DNA of 62,419 nt, filler included, from Catajapyx aquilonaris (lineage: Eukaryota), in NCBI GenBank assembly GCA_000934665.2. It is 2 parts of 2 records of this genome, joined end to end, with 100 filler letters (N's around TTAATTAATTAA, not from the genome) between each part and the next. Parts side by side here need not be neighbours in the genome. Positions count along the whole stretch, not along the records: positions 1 to 31,017 come from JYFJ02004603.1; positions 31,118 to 62,419 come from JYFJ02004604.1. One strand, written 5' to 3'. A model generated the notes under the pieces. It did not search any database, had not been told where the DNA came from, and worked only from the letters and a program-made list of their open reading frames with translations. This document shows, in pieces, positions 1-34,795 of this stretch. The position numbers and the translations under genes are program-made. The first letter of the stretch is position 1. Each line of letters begins with the position of its first letter.

Positions 1-252
1 TGGGATAGGAGACAGACTAAGAGAGATACCAGTCTTTCCTTTCTTCTTTTTCCTCTTTGTTTCTCTCTCCATCTGTCCCACCTTTTTGTATTCTGATAAC
101 CACATAGCCATAGTTGCGTGGCTCTTTATTACGCAAACAAACCAGAATTTTTACACCCTTCCAATGCCTACATATGCAAGGGAATGAGCAGTTTTGCATT
201 TAATATTGCTTGAGATCTAAGAAGATTTCGGTGTAATTATCCACGCTCTTTT

Positions 253-283
253 TTTCCCGTGCGAAGAACGGGTACCGCTGCTA

Positions 284-284
<1 letters not shown>
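253..284 (+). mobile_element. Helitron-like 3' terminus
   Basis: Hairpin CCCGT-gcgaaga-ACGGG followed 8 nt later by CTAG|T. The same 21-nt motif recurs at 32840-32860. Confidence 0.7.
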
Positions 285-357
<73 letters not shown>

Positions 358-382
358 CGTCGTCGTCATCATCATCATCATC
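285..382. repeat. Compound microsatellite (TAA)24 followed by short (CGT)n/(CAT)n
   Basis: Direct reading. Confidence 0.95.
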
Positions 383-3300
383 AGAGACCGACATGGTAGG
401 AAGAGTTGGGGGTCTTCTTTGCAGACGCAGAATTACCATTGCAGACGGATAGGCATGCGGGTCATCGTCACTTCATCAATATTGTATTTCAACTACAGCA
501 AGTTAGTTTCAAGTGACGAGAATTGTGCTCTGTTCGACCGTCTGGTAATTTTATGACAAAATTACGCAATCATCTAGGCTACCAAAGAAATGATGTTAAA
601 ACTGAAGTTTCAACATTTTCCCATAACACACAGCACCAGTAATATGGAACTTTTTCTAAACTAAAAGCCCCTACATCATGTTCAGCAGGTCGCAGAAATT
701 TTTTCCGGTGTTGTAATTAATACAGGAACTTCTACGCCTACCGGCACATCTAATGCAAAGGGCCGAAATGAGTAATCTTGTGATTTTATTCCCTTTGGAG
801 TAGGTGCCACAAGAACTTATAAATAAATCAGAGGAAGTACAAGTATAGGCTACTTTGGTATTAGGCTGATACTAAAATCCCTCTTTGGATTACACCTCCA
901 TCACATATAGACTACAATATTTTAATAGTAATTTGAAGACGTGTCTGTCCGTGTCACATTTACAACACCGTAACAAAAATGTCGGCTAAAAGCTAAATGC
1001 TTATATTAAATTTATGATATTGATGACAGTAGCTCCTAGGATGCTTTCATCATCATTTTAAAGAAAGGAACTAGTCACTTTAATATACGTCACGTTCTTT
1101 TTATTTTCGTTTCAGGGACACAAATTGATAATCCCAGCATTCATGTAAACTTTGTAACAAATTTTTGATGTACAAAGCTGTAGTGTAACTCGTGTTTCCC
1201 CTGAAATAGTTTGAATATTGTAAACGTCTTGTAGGGTGTTTAATAGTATTGCTGACAGGAGTTTTCATCGAATATCAGTCGCAGTCCACATAGAGAGTGC
1301 TCTTGTCGCAACCCATCTCCTCAAGGTATATCTCTTCATCACGCTTCAACAACATCCTCAGAGCTTCTCGTCGGACCTAATAAATAGTGAAAGAATTAGT
1401 AAATGGCACGACAAAAAAGCAATAAGACGAATACCCTGATCATGGCCTTCCTAGCGTGGAACATTTCCAAGTTGCATACAGTAATTTCGTTAATGTTCGT
1501 TATGTGATACTTAGGCGTAACTTCTGGTAGCAAATATGTGTACGGGGACGCACAAGCCGTTGTCTGATGTTGCCTATCAACATCGAGCATGTTTATTAAA
1601 TAATAGTCACGTATATATGAATAGATTCTTCTGTAATCAAGCTTCAGTCTATCCTGTCTGCTCTTACTTTGTAGTGACTATGAAATGTTACTTACAGGCG
1701 GGACCTAGCGTAAGCTCGAGACGTCATCTTTATTAGTCTTCCTGACTGGTACAAATCAGGCTAGAGTGAAATGATCGCGGCAGTTGTCCGCCGTTCACAA
1801 GTGCTTCCGATTGTCAGCAGCAAAAAAAAAAGTGTATTCTTGTTGCCTGGTTACTGTCTACTGTGTTCACAACAGCACCATAAGGAAAACGCTGCCAACA
1901 ATGCGCTCAAAATGACATAAATGGATACATTATGACAGGAATTAACTATCGTGTCTCAGAGAAATTACTGAAAACTGAGTGACAATAATATTGAGAAACC
2001 TTTATTACAAAAATGTAGCCTACTGTTATATGATTAGAAGGCGTAGAATGGAAGTTGTTTTGGCGCCAGGTAGCCAAGAGAGTATACTGTAGAGAATATT
2101 TTCATGATACAGTGTACAAATTTAGTAACAATCCTTGTAGTCCTTGCAGGAAAGTGTTCCAACATAAATATTCATCGAGATCTATTTTGCAGTTGTTACA
2201 GGAGCTGCTAATTATTAATAATTATTCCAGAGAAGTGTGTAATGTAAAAAAAAAGGAAAATTAGAGGAAAATACGTCCGTTTTACTAATGCGTGTTTTCA
2301 GTTGGGGCCTCGCCATCTCAATATTTAATCCATTAAACAGTACAGTATTCTTGTACAGTGTTGCGAGGCTGATGTCGGGTCGATCCCCCTGATCAAATTA
2401 AATTTCAAAAGTATTCTTGTACAGTATGGCAGCGAGAATCAAGGGATTTCAGTTGGGTCAGTCACTTGCAACATATCGGGACGTCTGCCTCAGCACTGTA
2501 TATATGATAGCTAAATACTTCGAAGACCTTCGACACGACTCTGCACTCGGACTGATAATATAGGAATCCATAGTGATGGAATGCTTATAACATTGTAAGA
2601 GTCGATACGTGCGGCATGCGACGCAGGAACACGAGAAGCTTTTCAAAGTCTCTCTCTATTCAGCATTTTCTTAAGAACTCTGCTACAGATCTCTCTTCAG
2701 GCATGAGGCTGCATTGTGACAGCTTTTCATCCTCGATATCTCGGCCCGTTACTGTATAACGACTCGTCCTCTCACCCAGTGAACAGACCGGGTTCGATGT
2801 GCGTCCTAGGATGCTTTGGAGGTTCATAGTCATCCGACTGATTCACGAACTAAATACCGGTAACAATCAGAGAGTATAGCTATCCATATTTTTGAGCAGT
2901 CTCCTCAAAAGAAATGTGTTCCCATAAGTTGAAATCGATATTTTACCTAACTCACGCCTACTTTTACGACTGAAGTGGTTCGTCGTGAATAGCATGAGGA
3001 TTGTCAATGACCCGTAATCTTACTTAACATTCTCAGAATGCAGTAAGGAACCATATCCATATGTAGAGTGTATACCGAAATATTCATGTGCTATATATTA
3101 ACATTCTCCGCAGATATATCACAACAACATGGTTGGGCAGACAGTGAATGTATTGTAATATAGCCTCCATTCTGATGACAAGAATAGGTCTTGAAATGTG
3201 AATAATTTTTATTGGAAATATACTTCATTTTTGTCTGTTATTTTATATGATGTAGGAGCAATTTGTATACCAGAGCACGTACGTAAAACGTGGACAGTTA

Positions 3301-6300
3301 CAGCTAATCTTTATATTTCATGGAAATTTTAATACCACTTGTTTCAACAACAGTATTCTTGATATTCCGTCCGATTATGTTGTCTACGTGCAGATGCACG
3401 ATTTACTTATATCATAATTATGCTACATTCATGGTGCTTTCCTGCACTCTGGAAGCTTTCATCTCACAACAATTTAGTGCACCTAAAGTGCGCACACTGT
3501 CCACTACAAAGTGGCCTCTAGATTCTGTCACTATGCAGTTACCATGCAGTATAAAAGTCGTTTCAAAATTTTGCACCGTAATTCTCCAAGTGAATTCTGT
3601 GAATAAAGTGGAGCCGTAGCTTAAGACTTTGACGGGAGGATATAAAGAGTGGGCGTAATGCTGTGCTATGGTGTATAAAGAACCGTTTCACTGCTGCATG
3701 TACAGTAACCTACATTCTGAGCAGAGAAAATATTTCAAGAGGCGTTTGCCTAGATCTTGATCCGTTAAAATCAATCCCTGGACGTTTGCAGTACGGTAAC
3801 AACTTCTCGTCGTATCACAATGTCCCATTACTGACATTACGCAAATAGTGCACATGGAAATATATTGAGGTTATTTTATTTGAGATAATATGTATTTATA
3901 AGCTATTTTCAACATCCGTAACTTACACTTTTCATGTAGGCTATACGGTACTGCAAGTGTGAGCTGCAAAACCATTGCTTTGCAATAAACTGTTTTTAAT
4001 TTTTTATTCTTATTGTTGCTGGTATATTATGTCGGACCGATTATTTTCAGGCTTACGTCAGCTGGAATGATAGGAATTGGTAGAGTGCTGGCTTGTGCAG
4101 CCTTTCCGTTCAAGCTATAGTCTTTACTGCAGAACTGTAGTCTACCAATTTGGGCTGAAGAGTCTTCTGGATGATGGAGGAGATGGGCCAGCGGGGGGGT
4201 CAGCCGAGCAATTCCTGCGGCATAGTCCTTTATAATGGTCAACTACATGAGTTGTTGATAGGTTATCAGGTCAGGCTTTCTTCCACCGTACCACATGAGT
4301 GTGTATTGGGCACCTTGTCGGCTGGTAATAGAAAGTTACAATATAGCTCTGGCCTCTGAGTGTAAATATATATCACCATTGCGGACGTTCATGATTTCCT
4401 GCGAATGGCTTATGCATAACCACTTCTGACCTCAAACGAACCTTTGGCCCATATCTATCCCTAGTAGTTGTCGGTGTAAAAGAAAGACGACGCGACGATA
4501 TCATGCGATAGACTCGCCTCAACAGTCACGAACTTGCGAATAGTCCATGTCATTGGCACGATTTTAATGTGAAAATAAATTGTAGTATGACTGCAGTCTG
4601 ACAGTACATCTAGACTCGCCAATCTATAGGACTATGCAGAGAGAGGCTAAATGAGGCTACACCATGAGTTATTTACTAGATCCCTAGACACGCGCCACGT
4701 TGTAATATTGTGTTGCCTGAAGAATTCACACTATCTCATAACAGCATCGTGACAGTGAAAGCCCGTTTGTATTTGATGATATTGTGCTTCCCCGCAATGA
4801 TCAAACGTTTCTTAGAGTGACACGTTTTCACAGCGTTTTCATTTTATCACAGTATTGATGACGTAGTAACATTGTAGAAATCTAGGGTATAGTATAGTAC
4901 ACCAATTCATATGATGAATTCAATATTGCTCTAGCTCTAGCCGAGAAATGCAGTGTCAATGAAGGTTCAGTCAGGCAAATATGAATCGATCCGGAGCACA
5001 TGTTCCAGCACAAAACTCCGTTTCAAGCAAGCCACTTCAACCGGCAAAATGTAAATAATTGTTATTTGAATACAGCATGAAGCACGCTTTACTTCACGGA
5101 ACTCTGTGGTGAAAGTAAAGTAAAATCGATCGCACCACAACAGATATTAAGCTAATTACCTAAATGTCTCATTTATATTGCCATCAATAGTTGGCCATAC
5201 ATGCTTTACCCTTACCATAATCATACGTTTAATGCCTACATATTCATACTGATATAAAAAGTCAATGACACAGGATTTATTATTCATTAGTATCATTACT
5301 AAAGTTCTCCCCGCATTACCTTTCAAAACATGAATTAGCGAATGCACCCACATTAAAATATGGATACTCTCCAAATGTTTGCCATCGGTACATCCAAAGG
5401 TTAAATGACATAAGTCTGCGGCCAAACACCGCATTTCAATAATTCACCTGACCACATCACCACTTGAGTCTAATGCTATAAACTCTAACCCCTAATTAGA
5501 TATAGAGCAGGCTCCTCGGTTGCTCTTCCTACCTGTCACATTTTGGCTAAAGCAGGTGCTAAAAAGGCTAAGAGAGCAGTAGGATTATATGTTTAAAGGG
5601 AGGGGTGAGATAGATCGATTCGCGTAGGTACGTAACAAAGGTATCCGCCAGAGCGGCGCTGCTCCCGAGTTGCGAATGCGGATTCCCACCAGTTGCTAAC
5701 AAGACTCTGACCCATCACACTGGGGGTCTCTCATCTCTACTGACCTTCTTCACACCTGCCCTATAATGCGCCCTGTCAGTTGATTGGCTCGACGTCGCCC
5801 GATTCTATGTAAGTTTGATATTACATTGCTTTCTTCATATTGATATATCGGTTGAGATCAAATAGCGGCAAAAATGATCCCGCCAAAAAATTGGTGTCAA
5901 TGTCACCCAGGTGACCCACTTGATCCAGGTGGGATATTGGTCACCTGGATGGAAATACTGATGGTGATTTGAGTTGGTATGATAATAACGAAGCTGTTGC
6001 GTGGCCATATGCTGGATGTCAATTCGTCACATGACTTTGATATGAAATGTGGCAAGCTTGCCCATAATTAAGTGCGAAGTCTTGTAAAATGCTATTACTG
6101 CTACTTGCTCTTTATAACATGCCTGGAAAGTTTCAGGAAACTGAGGTGTGGAGTTAATCCTGACACTAACATGCAGTTCTTGTATGGGACATCTCAGGAT
6201 GTTGTCATCCGCTTAGTCCACACCCAGCGCAAACATTATCCTCTTAACGACGAGTACTGGTTTAATGTGTTATAATCCGCTCTCGGCTGAAGGGGAGGTT

Positions 6301-6719
6301 TCTGAAAAAATTATTTCAATGAAACCGTCACATACTGTAAAACTCAGTGCTCCAAGTGGTAGCGTAATGAGATGCGCTTTGACACCATTCTTGTAATCAA
6401 GTGTGGGGTACCAGACTCCAATTTCGTGGTGTTTGCAGAAGATATTGGCCAGAGAACCCCACAATCCATCCGTTTTGCATTAATTAGTGGTACAGAATTT
6501 CGATTAACACCGCAATGTGGGGGATAATTAACGTGCCGATGTGAGAACTGGTACTACAAGACCATGTTGTTTCTACATATAGAGAATGCGTATACGAGCT
6601 AATCGATGGTGCGTGTGTATATGTGTGTGGGTGGGTAGGGGGTGAGGAAGTGAGATATTTCACGATAGTACAGACCCATACCAAAGTGGGTGTTTTGTGT
6701 CCTGTGCCGAATGATATGA

Positions 6720-6754
6720 TCAGTTTGTTTATGCGAGTGTGTACCCGTTGTCGT
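6720..6754 (+). promoter_or_regulatory. Candidate Inr + DPE core promoter for otoferlin
   Basis: TCAGTT (Inr TCAKTY, A+1 = 6722) with TGTCGT at exactly +28..+33 (DPE range DSWYVY), about 1 kb upstream of the acceptor before the ATG exon. Confidence 0.35.
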
Positions 6755-7728
6755 GCTCAGGAAATGGGCTAATAGTGCTGCACAATAATTGGCGTGTTCC
6801 GCAACTTGCTTCGGCATGAACAAATCGAATTGCGCTTGCCACAACATTGTCAAAAATTGGAATATAATCCGCTTATGTGCTTACTGTAAAGTGTCAAATT
6901 ATACGTCATTGTTTGCTTTAGTCCAGCGTCACAGCATATCCGATCAATTTCAACATGTGAAATTCTGGATATTTGTGTACACATTTTGGTTGAGGTTCGC
7001 CTGGAGTGGCTCTCAAATAAGGGGTCCTTATCGTGACAATGATGAGGAGTAGAGGCGACGGGAATGGGGCAGCCGAATCGCTTGAGTTGCGCGCTTCGGT
7101 AACCTCCATGGTGTCAGAGTAGCCCCAAAACAAGGTTAATAGGCTGTGATAGGCGAAACTGCTCGTTTCAGGTTTGCATAGTTGGACGGTCTGGTTTTTC
7201 AACGACCTTTTTTTATTCCAATGTGAATGCGGGCAAGTATGTATAGCTTTGTTACTGCACTGATTTCTGCAGAGTGCGTCATGTGAAAATGGATAGCCAG
7301 TTATTTGTAAACTGATATTAATGATGCAATGGGTTTCACTCTTCGTTTAATCAATCAATAATTGCACCGAACCACAAATGTATTTTGACAATTAGGGTTT
7401 ATGACAAAAGTGATGTTGATCTTGCACTGGACCAAATTCATCATAAAGTTAGCCTGTGTTGAAATGCCTACTGACGTCATATTTGTATACACCTACACAT
7501 GTACAGAACGTCATATTTCGCATCTCTTTGAACTCTGATTATTATAATTTTGTGATTTGTTCAGCACTCAGAAACCTTCTGCCCGGTAGGCATTAATACA
7601 GTAACATTTGGACACTAAAAACCATACATCCACTAACTGAAGTTAATTACATTCCGTACCTAATTCGTAATCATAATAAAGTGCACTGTACATCTGTCAC
7701 TTTTCCAGACAGCTGAAACAGCACAAGA

Positions 7729-29108
<21,380 letters not shown>

Positions 29109-29186
29109 TAAGTAAGATTTCGTAATTATGTATAGGGCAAATAACAGTGCTTTGCTCGTAAAGGGAATTTTAAAGTAAGAAGCCAG

Positions 29187-29192
29187 TTTATT
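29187..29192 (-). promoter_or_regulatory. Candidate polyadenylation signal (AATAAA) of the P450
   Basis: Plus-strand TTTATT about 30 nt downstream of the P450 stop codon. Confidence 0.6.
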
Positions 29193-29223
29193 TGACGGTG
29201 GCTGGAAAGTGACGCGTATATCT

Positions 29224-29387
29224 TCATCTCCGTTTTAGTGTAAGCCAAATACCATTCAGGGGCGTGAGAGACCCCCTCTTGGGGTTAATGGTCACTGGAA
29301 TTTCGGTCTTGCTGCATGGTTCCAGAGAAAAGCGTCGAAGCAATCCTATCATGGCCAGTTTTGTTTCCAATAGCGCGAATCGCATGC
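29224..29387 (-). CDS. Cytochrome P450, last coding exon (G-MRFALLETKLAMIGLLRRFSLEPCSKTEIPVTINPKRGSLTPLNGIWLTLKRR*)
   Basis: ttttttacag acceptor; continues CIG|MRFA; TGA at 29226-29224; typical clan-3 C-terminus. Not in the ORF track (too short). Confidence 0.95.
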
Positions 29388-29450
29388 CTGTAAAAAAGAA
29401 AAGTTTTAGTTAGCGACATATTGAACTATAGGCAAAGCACATTGACTTAC

Positions 29451-29702
29451 CAATGCAATTTCTTGGTCCATGTCCGAAAGGCATGTACACGTAGGGGTTC
29501 CTCTTGGCCTTTTCTTCATTACTGAATCGTTCAGGATCAAATTTTTGCGGATCAGGAAAGTACTGATCATCATGATGAAAGCTTAAGATAGGAAAAGCAA
29601 TAATAGTCCCTTTTTCTATGGTAACGTTAGATCCTGGTATGACGTAGTCTTTGGTGCAGAGCCGTTCGAGTCTCGCGGGAGGAGGATATTTTCTCATGCT
29701 TT
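29451..29702 (-). CDS. Cytochrome P450, penultimate exon: ExxR, PERF and heme-binding loop
   Basis: E-SMRKYPP...FPDPQKFDPERFS...YMPFGHGPRNCI-G (FxxGxRxCxG); aatttcag acceptor, G|GTAAGT donor; 252 nt. Confidence 0.97.
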
Positions 29703-29767
29703 CTGAAATTTGCTGGATTAAAAAATGTATACACAAGATGAGCAGGAGTAAGAACTGATTCGCATAC

Positions 29768-29989
29768 CATTAAGCACTTTGTCCAGGTATTGCATTTCGG
29801 CGACGGCATTGTATGAAACTTCGTCTTCGTTATTTCGAATGCACTCTTCCATTTCTTGATAAACTCTCTCTTGAATATCCGGATTTAAGGCCAATTCATA
29901 GACTGTAAAGCTTAGCACAGAGGCTGTGGTATCTGCTCCAGCGCTGAAGAAAAGCACGCACTGTGCTATAATCATCTCATTAGTGAGCA
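29768..29989 (-). CDS. Cytochrome P450 (CYP3 clan, CYP6/CYP9/CYP3-like), third-last exon: I-helix to K-helix
   Basis: LTNEMIIAQCVLFFSAGADTTASVLSFTVYELALNPDIQERVYQEM...MQYLDKVLN-E; AGxDTT motif; ccttttcag acceptor, G|GTATGC donor; 222 nt. Confidence 0.96.
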
Positions 29990-31017
29990 CTGAAAAGGAC
30001 AGAAAAGAATTTGTGCATTACATTATCTGAAGGACAGTTTCATATAAGCTTAAGTTAGATTATACATGACCATCGTCACATCAGGTACTGAGCACGGTAA
30101 TGAAACTTTCAAACACTTTTCCGGCCGAAATTCATGCTGTCCACGTCCGTTACACTTTCAGGCGAGCATTAATATCACTTTGTGACATGATCCACATTTT
30201 TATGAGACCTACCAACGTTCTGTTATTGGGAGAATGAAGGCTTCGGCGACTCTGAGGAATGGCAGAAGGGGTTCATACGTTGCAATGACATTCTCTTGAT
30301 AATATTTTACACATTTGCATCAACATCATTCCTATAGGCTAAATTTAACAGTTCATCAGTGTTAGTGTTTTGATGCAGATAAAATTAAGTGTGATTTTCC
30401 GCCCGCAAATGGCTTTGACTCTGGGCAGCTGATATGCGAATAACTAGCTTTTTATTTAATTTTGACTATCTTGTTTCGGTGCATCACATAGGTCTACAAG
30501 TAAAAAATGTTCGATAATTTTGTTCCCTCTGCATGCTCATTGCAACTGATGTGTGACCACCACCAACTACAGTTGTGGCCATATTGAAGTTCTCGGATAT
30601 AAAGTTGTAAAGGCCCGTTATAGTACCCAAGTTACCCCCACTCACTGTGATATGTTACTTGATTATTAGTTATTTATCTAATTGCTCACCTTATATTTAC
30701 CATGTTGATTAAGTGTACTTGTCTCTCTTAATGATGTATTATGGCGAAGTCCCCCAAAAGGGCCTCGTGCCCACTGGGTACATAAACCAATATAGTCCTA
30801 GCGGTTCGCTAAAAAAAACTGCATTTTATGATAGAAGCAAGCCGCTTGGCACAGCGATACTTTAGACGATTTAGAAAATATTTGCCCATAGCAGTCACAT
30901 TTACATCCCTTAGGGGGGGCAGGGGGGGCCAATTCCCCAAAAAGGGGGGCCATTTTTTAAAAAATTAAATATCAGCCGATTTTTAAAATTTAGGTGTCCA
31001 TTTCATACGTCTTGACG

Positions 31018-31117
31018 NNNNNNNNNNNNNNNNNNNNNNNNNNNNNNNNNNNNNNNNNNNNTTAATTAATTAANNNNNNNNNNNNNNNNNNNNNNNNNNN
31101 NNNNNNNNNNNNNNNNN
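31018..31117. other. Artificial assembly spacer (44 N + TTAATTAATTAA + 44 N)
   Basis: Exactly 100 nt and symmetric; the central 12-mer has stops in all six frames. This is a contig-joining linker, not biological sequence. Confidence 0.97.
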
Positions 31118-32259
31118 CCGCTATGCCCCCCTTTCCAAAATTTACAACCAACTGCAACAAGCCATACTCGAAAACGATATTAAACCAACTACTGTACTGT
31201 ATGTGTATAGAAACTCACTAGTTTACATAATGCTTGTTCTTCCCAAGGGTACCCAACCGCCAAGTTCCGTGGGACGCCGTTTCCAAAATTTAATGTTAAT
31301 AGAATATATTTGCTTCCTTCCCTACATATGTTTGCGGTCTCCCCCCCCCCCCCTTTATAATGCGGAATCCCAAATTGCCTTCCATTCAAATGCAACGACG
31401 TTTCAAAGGTCCAGACCCCAGTCTAAAAAAATTCCAGGAATTCGTTTTACCCTCTAAAAATCTAAGGTAATACGTATATTCGTCCACAGACAAAAAAAAA
31501 ATCCGCGGAGCCTTTTCTCTCACTACAAAGAGAAACTAGGAAAGGGGTACAAAAAAATGCATTTTATGGAACAAGAGACACGACGGCTGAATAAATAGGA
31601 CAGGAACCTCTAGGCATGCCTGCCAGCTCTTGCCATTAACATTGAGGCTTGGAAAAACGTGGACACTAACCCTTAGCGTTTGCAAATTATTTTTTTTTTG
31701 GAGACCTACATTTTTGGCATGGGTTTTAGGCCACATAGCTAGGACATGAACTGCGGGGCGTTTTAGCAAATTATGCTCGAAATTTGATAGGACGGTTAAT
31801 TGTGTGGGTTCTTTCCAAAGAGAAACGCCCTCAGGGGGGTCATTAAGGGTAATAAATAGTGTAGAGAGAGGGTTCAAAAAATAGTGACAAAAATTGGGTT
31901 CGACATTTTTTTTTTTGCAATGTTTGTCCCACCCTCGAAGGTTGATTAATGATTCAAATGTTTTTTTTTTCTAACTCTATGGTCGCAATTGGTTGAATCG
32001 ATAGTATCCGGTACTAATACAAAATACAGGGAGGGGAGGAAAAAAATTTAGCTAGTCTGGAGGGGGGGGGGGGCTATAAATTTCTGGAGAACAATATTTA
32101 TTGTTGACCTGGACACTACGGATAATAATGGTACGTAAATAGTGCGAGGTGATGGCTGACAATATTTTTTAAAGCAACAAATGGGCTAGTTATAAACTGT
32201 TCGAACATATGCCAAAATTAGCTGCTGCCATGGAAACCGAACCTGATCCCCTATTACAC

Positions 32260-32346
32260 CCAGGGGGTAGCAACAAGCTACAAAAAATAACTACTATCAG
32301 GCGATATTAGTAGTAAAAAAACAATCTACGAATTTGGAACAACCTG
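32260..32346. mobile_element. Tc1/mariner-type MITE, right-half fragment (family of 38906-39153)
   Basis: caacaagctacaaaaaataactactatcaggcgatattag...atctacgaatttggaacaacctg aligns by eye to the right arm of 38906-39153. Confidence 0.7.
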
Positions 32347-32347
32347 T

Positions 32348-32870
32348 TCATATAAAAGGCAATGTTTGTCGTCCCTCTACCGCCATACGCTGACATAGCA
32401 ACGGGTTGCAATCGCAATTGATCTACCATTCATTCAATCTATATTATTAACACCTGACTGTCTTGGAAACTCCTCCCATATCGTAGAGCCTACAGCATTG
32501 GGAGTGGTGTCAAAATTTTGCCCGCGTTTTCTACATTTGCAAACCACTTTTCATTTTTGGAAACATTGCCGAGGAACTTTGTCAAACGCAAAAAAAACGC
32601 AAAAACCGCAACCGACGGCCGTTCCACGGAATTCCCAATTCCGCCATTCAGGGCGCCACCTGCTTGCTGGCGACTCGCTTGCTTTTCACTTTACCGTCGG
32701 ATATCGCTTCGATGCTGCTTATGCCTGTGGCACATCGGCGGTCTATCTCATTAAATCACTTAATTTTCACTGCTATACGCATCATGGCTTTTGCCAAATT
32801 TTGGCAACCAGGTCACTATAGTATATTAATAATTCTTCATTTCCCGTGCGAAGAACGGGTTTTCTGCTAG
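32348..32870 (+). mobile_element. Non-autonomous Helitron-like element
   Basis: 5' TCATATAAAAGG..tgtttgtc; 3' hairpin CCCGT..ACGGG plus CTAG|T shared with 253-284. The 5' boundary is less certain. Confidence 0.65.
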
Positions 32871-33981
32871 TTATACACATAGAAGATGGTGACAACTATT
32901 TCTAACAATCTTGAAACAAACTGTATATTTTTTTTAAAGTTGTTCACACCCCCAGATATAAATTACCTGACCGTTTGGCGGTTTCCCAGCACGACCGCCG
33001 CCCACTGCAACAATAAATTTCCGCAACAATAAAGCCCTTCCGACCGACTCCCCCTACCATTGATTAGGTGAACGTGTAAAGGGGACGATACACGACCATT
33101 GCCACGCCGTTGCGGCAGGAAATGACGTAACCGGATATGGGACTCCATATTCTCCATAAAGATGGCTCCCTGGGTTTGACACCCAGGGGCGGCCCATGGG
33201 TGCTTCTTTCTATTTATTGGTTCCCCCCTCAAACTTTCGGTATAGCACAAGCACTATTGACTCACAGATGAGATTGCCCAGCTTTATTCCCCTCCCCCCT
33301 CCCCCCCCCCTGGAAAAACTACCTTCACTGGATCCCGCGTCTTAAGCGCGACGCCTTGAGAATTTGGGGGGAAAAGAAGAAGGTAACCCCCCCCTCTTCT
33401 TCCTTTAGATAAATGGATTTTTTTCGTCTCTTTTTCCTTCTTTCAGATTGAGGGGGAAAGCGGGGAGGAGGGAGGGGGAGTAAAGATGGGGCGCTTCCAG
33501 ACTCGTGCCAACTGGACCCTGAAATTGTTTCAAAAAAGTTGGGCATTTCGGAGTCTTGGTATGGAAGGATTGTTCTGACGAACTTGTTCTAGGGAGCAGG
33601 AAGGAACTAAATCTCTCTTTTTTTAAAGGAGTGATCACTTGGTGGAGAAGTCTCAGGTAATTACCACTGCAAGCTTATCAAGAAGCGCACATTATTGCAG
33701 TGGGGAGAAATAATTAAGTGATATATGGCAAGGCTCAGGTTGGATTATTTATGACTTCGTACAGGGTGTCTGTGCAACCTATTCTAAGAATTTCGCAATT
33801 TTTAGACATTTTCTCATTGAAAAAAAACTAATTTGTCCGTCCGTCCGTCCGTGGACAGGTATCAGGGCCTAAACCGCATAACAAGTACGGTAAGAATAAT
33901 TCTTGTAAAAGTTATTTCCAACAATTGAATCTTCACTATTTTAAATATCTTTTATGCTATAGAATCGCATGGCTATTAACT

Positions 33982-34359
33982 CTTACAAGGGAACGACCAA
34001 CCCGCCACCGATTTGGTTGAAACTCGCTTGAGGGGTCACTCATGTGCGATAGACACGGTGGTGAAAGTCCTGGATGACACTGTCGACCCGTTTCCGAGAT
34101 ATGAGCGACAGAAACATCCGAATTTTGTCCGAGCGTATAGGGGAATAGGGGCCTTGCACTTGGCCCTTCGGTCGCGTCGCCTGTACGCGCCGCGCCGGTA
34201 CGCACAACCAAAATTCGGAATTTTTGGGCGCTAATATCTCGGAAACGACTGGATAGTGTCATCTAGGACTTTCACCACAGTGTCTATCGCACATGAGTGA
34301 CCCCTCAAGCGAGTTTCAACCAAATCGGAGGCGACCGACCTTGGTCGTTCCCTTGTTAG
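33982..34359. mobile_element. Fold-back MITE with ~150-bp inverted arms (CTTACAAGGGAACGACCAA...TTGGTCGTTCCCTTGTTAG), superfamily unassigned
   Basis: Arms are near-complementary, e.g. ccgatttggttgaaactcgcttgaggggtcactcatgtgcgatagacac and its reverse complement near 34280-34328. Confidence 0.85.
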
Positions 34360-34381
34360 TCCTGTGGAAGAATTTCCTTGA

Positions 34382-34795
34382 AGGGACACACCACTCAAAA
34401 AACAAGTTTGGCTCTAAAAATCTGTCAAAAAATCCTGAATCCGATGGTGCTATCCGTTTTTCGCTACGCTAAACGGTAATCCCAGGGCGAGGGGTCAAAG
34501 TGTGTCGTCTGCTAATGAGCGGTGCCGCCACGCGGGGAACAGGTGAACTGGAGGGTTGCACCTCTCTGGGATGGGCCTAAGCGCACGGGCAGGCGGGAGC
34601 AGCCCTCCAGTTCCCAAGATCCCGAGGTCGTCGCTGGCGGACGGCCAGCTTCTAGCGTACTATTTGAATTTCCCCACTTTGACCCCTCGCCCTGGGATTA
34701 CCGTTCCGCGTAGCGAAAAACGGATTGCACCTTCGGATTCAGGATTTTCTGCCAGATTTTTACAGCCAAACTTGTTTTTTGAGTGGAGTGTCCCT
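34382..34795. mobile_element. Kolobok-like fold-back MITE (~120-bp TIRs)
   Basis: AGGGACAC...GTGTCCCT termini flanked by TTGA/TTAA (TTAA-type TSD with one change); arms near-complementary. Confidence 0.8.

Noticed and set aside
2345..2425. 16-bp direct repeat AGTATTCTTGTACAGT flanking ~50 bp
   Set aside because: It could be a TSD or a local duplication, but the enclosed sequence is uninformative.
3165..3215. Hammerhead-ribozyme-like CTGATGA..stem..GAAA
   Set aside because: Stem II is plausible, but stem III, the cleavage triplet and stem I cannot be formed; at best a decayed remnant.
29990..31017. Upstream exons of the P450
   Set aside because: I found no phase-compatible open frame with P450 motifs before the gap.
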